Part shown: positions 61,734 through 64,000 of the stretch, one piece after another
How positions within the stretch are numbered: position 1 is the stretch's first letter
Layout of the letters: the number at the start of each line of letters is the position of its first letter
Source of the DNA: Nitrospirota bacterium
Lineage (GTDB): Bacteria; Nitrospirota; UBA9217
Length of the DNA stretch: 64,000 nt
Assembly (NCBI GenBank): GCA_963751455.1
Contig: CAVVUN010000006.1
Span: forward strand, 64,001 to 128,000
Direction: 5' to 3'
Position numbers and translations under genes: made by a program
Notes under the pieces: generated by a model
What the model was told of the DNA's origin: nothing
Seen by the model: the letters and a program-made list of their open reading frames with translations, nothing else
Databases searched by the model: none

Positions 61734-62521
61734 CTCACCTCCCTGGTCAGGCCGATATAGTAGTTCTGCGGCTCGGTGCCGTACTCCTCCTTCAGGATCG
61801 TGGCCCGGCCGTCCATGATGATGCGGGTCACTGGATCATCGGGGTCCTCGATGTCGGCGATATGCCGCGCGCCGAAGGGGCAGGCCACCTCGCATGCCGG
61901 CTTCAGGCCCCGGGTAATGCGGTGATAGCAGAAGTTGCACTTCTCGGCCGTGTTGTTAACGGGATGGAAAAACCGGACGCCGTAAGGGCAGCCCATGATG
62001 CAGTAGCCGCATCCGATGCACCACTTCCTGTCTACGAGCACCACCCCGTCCCTGGTCGCGTACGTGGCTCCCACCGGGCAGACCTGCACGCAGGGCGGGT
62101 TGTCGCACTGATTGCAGAGTTTGGGAACGAAGAATGCCTTATCGATGTCCTTTGGGTCGATGAGCTCCCTCTCGCCGCGGCCCAGATCGATGGCGTTATT
62201 CAGGTAGCCGTCCCGGGCGCCCCTGGGTGAATCGGCGTGCACTCTCCCATCCCTCGTGACCACATATCGCTCGACCCAGGTCCGCGTAACATTGGCGTCA
62301 TACGGTGTCTCGTTTTCGAGCTTGCATGCTTTAACACAAAGCCCGCATCCCACGCACTTGTAGGTATCCACCAGGAACACCCACCGCGGGCCTTCCTTCG
62401 GCTTGATGGGCGTGGCCACATTGAATGCGGTATCCTGCCCTTTCAGAGCGAGCGGCATCGCCGCACCTGCGGCGCCCATGACGACATACCTCATAAAATC
62501 TCTTCGCGTTATCATTTCCAC
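61730..62521 (-). CDS. Tat-exported 4Fe-4S protein (NrfC/DsrO-like)
   Basis: TRRDFM; CVGCGLCVKAC, CNQCDNPPCVQVCP, CIGCGYCIMGCP, CNFC...ACEVACP. Confidence 0.93.
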   Translation of the reverse strand: MEMITRRDFMRYVVMGAAGAAMPLALKGQDTAFNVATPIKPKEGPRWVFLVDTYKCVGCGLCVKACKLENETPYDANVTRTWVERYVVTRDGRVHADSPRGARDGYLNNAIDLGRGERELIDPKDIDKAFFVPKLCNQCDNPPCVQVCPVGATYATRDGVVLVDRKWCIGCGYCIMGCPYGVRFFHPVNNTAEKCNFCYHRITRGLKPACEVACPFGARHIADIEDPDDPVTRIIMDGRATILKEEYGTEPQNYYIGLTREVR

Positions 62522-62704
62522 CTCCGCTTCTCCCTAACGAAACCAGGAGGCAACGGTAACGATGCCCGTTTCGTCTTACGGTTACGTCGTTCGTGTTTGT
62601 GTTCTTACCGTTGCCGAAAGACGATTGACGATACGGGCTTCGTTACCGACAGACGTGTTCCGAGCTTTTCCGATACCAGCTTGTATCCATAGAACGTGAC
62701 CTGA

Positions 62705-63169
62705 CTATAGTCCCGGGCTGTGCGGATTATGACAGCTCGCACATTCCGTGCCCGGGTTGTGCTTCTCCGGGTCTTCGAAGCCTCTGATGAAACGCCTTTC
62801 GCTTGTCGGATATGGCAGATAGGCATGGCATCGGAGGCACCACGCCCTGCTCCGGTCTGCACCAAGCTTCGGAGGATTGTCCGGATGGTCCACAGCCGGG
62901 CCGTGGCAGTTTTCACACTCGATGTTCTTATGCGGGGATTTTCTGAGGCTCTCGTAGTTCTTGTCGTGGCAGTCTTTGCAGTACTCCGCCCCGCGGTACT
63001 TGACTTTGAAATCTTTCCAGAACTGTTCGTCGCCCTTCCGATACCAGCCATACATGTATCCCCGCTCATGCACGCCGAAATCCTCCGGCACAAACAGTGC
63101 CCTCACCGCAAGGATCAGCAGCACGATGCCGATGACTACAAGCAGAGGCCTGTACACATGATTTTTCAT
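62705..63169 (-). CDS. Membrane-anchored tetraheme cytochrome c
   Basis: N-terminal TM; CKDCH, CENCH, CLRCH, CASCH. Confidence 0.92.
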   Translation of the reverse strand: MKNHVYRPLLVVIGIVLLILAVRALFVPEDFGVHERGYMYGWYRKGDEQFWKDFKVKYRGAEYCKDCHDKNYESLRKSPHKNIECENCHGPAVDHPDNPPKLGADRSRAWCLRCHAYLPYPTSERRFIRGFEDPEKHNPGTECASCHNPHSPGL

Positions 63170-63582
63170 TTCATATTTCTCTGTCTCTGTACCGGCGTAT
63201 TGTCAAAACTTTTGCCACAGTGGACTCCGAGAACACGGAGAAATTCCTAATGCCTCTCAACGCCCCTCCCCCATGAAATCTTTTTCGGCTATATTCAGTT
63301 GCTGCTGCGTAATGTCGACAGGCACCGAAATGCTTACAAGACCAGCGTGCAGCTTGGTCCTTGGTTCTACGAAAAACCCCGCCTGAAAGAGGATCTACAA
63401 ATGTAAATTTTGGCTAATAATAGCGCGATGATCTCGGATGTCAAAAAGTCGCGATTTTATTGTTTTTCACCGTCATCTTATCGAACGGAAGATGCATGCC
63501 GCAGAGAACGCGCTGGATATTCAACCAATCACTTACCGTTGGTTGTAAATCCGGATGAGATATATTTACTAAAAAACCGAAT

Positions 63583-63706
63583 TCTTCTCAAAAAAAAGAA
63601 AATTTACCGCGAAACCGCTAAGGGACGCAAAGGAGATCTTTAGCTCTCCCTTGCGACCTTCGCGCCTTGGCGGTTCCAAGATTTGATCCGGCTTGTCCGG
63701 GTTAGG
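63583..63706. repeat. Repeat family C (inverted relative to 20828-20991)
   Basis: ...gcgaccttcgcgccttggcggttc...atccggcttgtccgggttagg. Confidence 0.75.
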
Positions 63707-63742
63707 GGGAAACCTGTTTCAGTTGAACATCAAGGAGGCGTT

Positions 63743-64000
63743 TTGAATCACGAATATCCGATGCGCTCCGACTTGAAGGTCGGCGCCAAGTTCCCGGATT
63801 TCGATTTACCGGACCACACGGGCAGTGTCAAGAAGCTTTCCCAGCTGCTTCGGAACATGCCGGGCGTGCTCGTATTCAACCGCGGCTATTTCTGACCCAA
63901 GGACCGTCGCCAGTTGGCGAACTACGTCGAGCACCTGCAGCCCGAATTCCGGGTCAATTACTGCCATATCATTTCGGTTTCGGTTGATGATCAGATGAAC
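63743..64000 (+). CDS. AhpC/TSA peroxiredoxin-like protein; predicted selenoprotein (TGA 63893-63895); runs off the window
   Basis: AAGGAGG RBS; 'VGAKFPDFDLPDHTG....LSQL....VLVFNRGYF-U-PKDRRQL...IISVSVD'; frame stays open to 64000. Confidence 0.85.

Overview
A 64-kb chromosomal stretch from what looks like an anaerobic or microaerobic diderm bacterium (gene style suggests Nitrospirota or Desulfobacterota; this is inference). Housekeeping and metabolic genes include putA, nifJ/PFOR, an rhlE-like helicase, trpS, pal, an mltD-like gene, a ClC channel with MarR, and a tetraheme cytochrome-NrfC-NrfD module. There is an anaerobic ergothioneine pair (metallopterin-dependent ergothioneine synthase plus egtD) and a partly duplicated compatible-solute cluster (glucosylglycerate and trehalose genes with mechanosensitive channels). 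A mobile hot spot at 44-51 kb holds attC-like sites, an IS481 element and two RAYT-type tyrosine transposase loci, and several MITE families are scattered through the window. The main signal the ORF track misses is selenocysteine recoding. Four in-frame TGA codons sit at catalytic-Cys positions, each followed by a GU-loop hairpin 16-20 nt downstream. They lie in three genes: a MerB-like lyase with two Sec codons inside an ECF sigma / CMD / Fe-S protein operon, a two-domain rhodanese lipoprotein, and a peroxiredoxin at the window end. Two small ORFs ending in SGISPP look like ribosome-arrest leaders. Product calls come from motif recognition by eye; no database searches were run. Some frameshifts could be sequencing errors.
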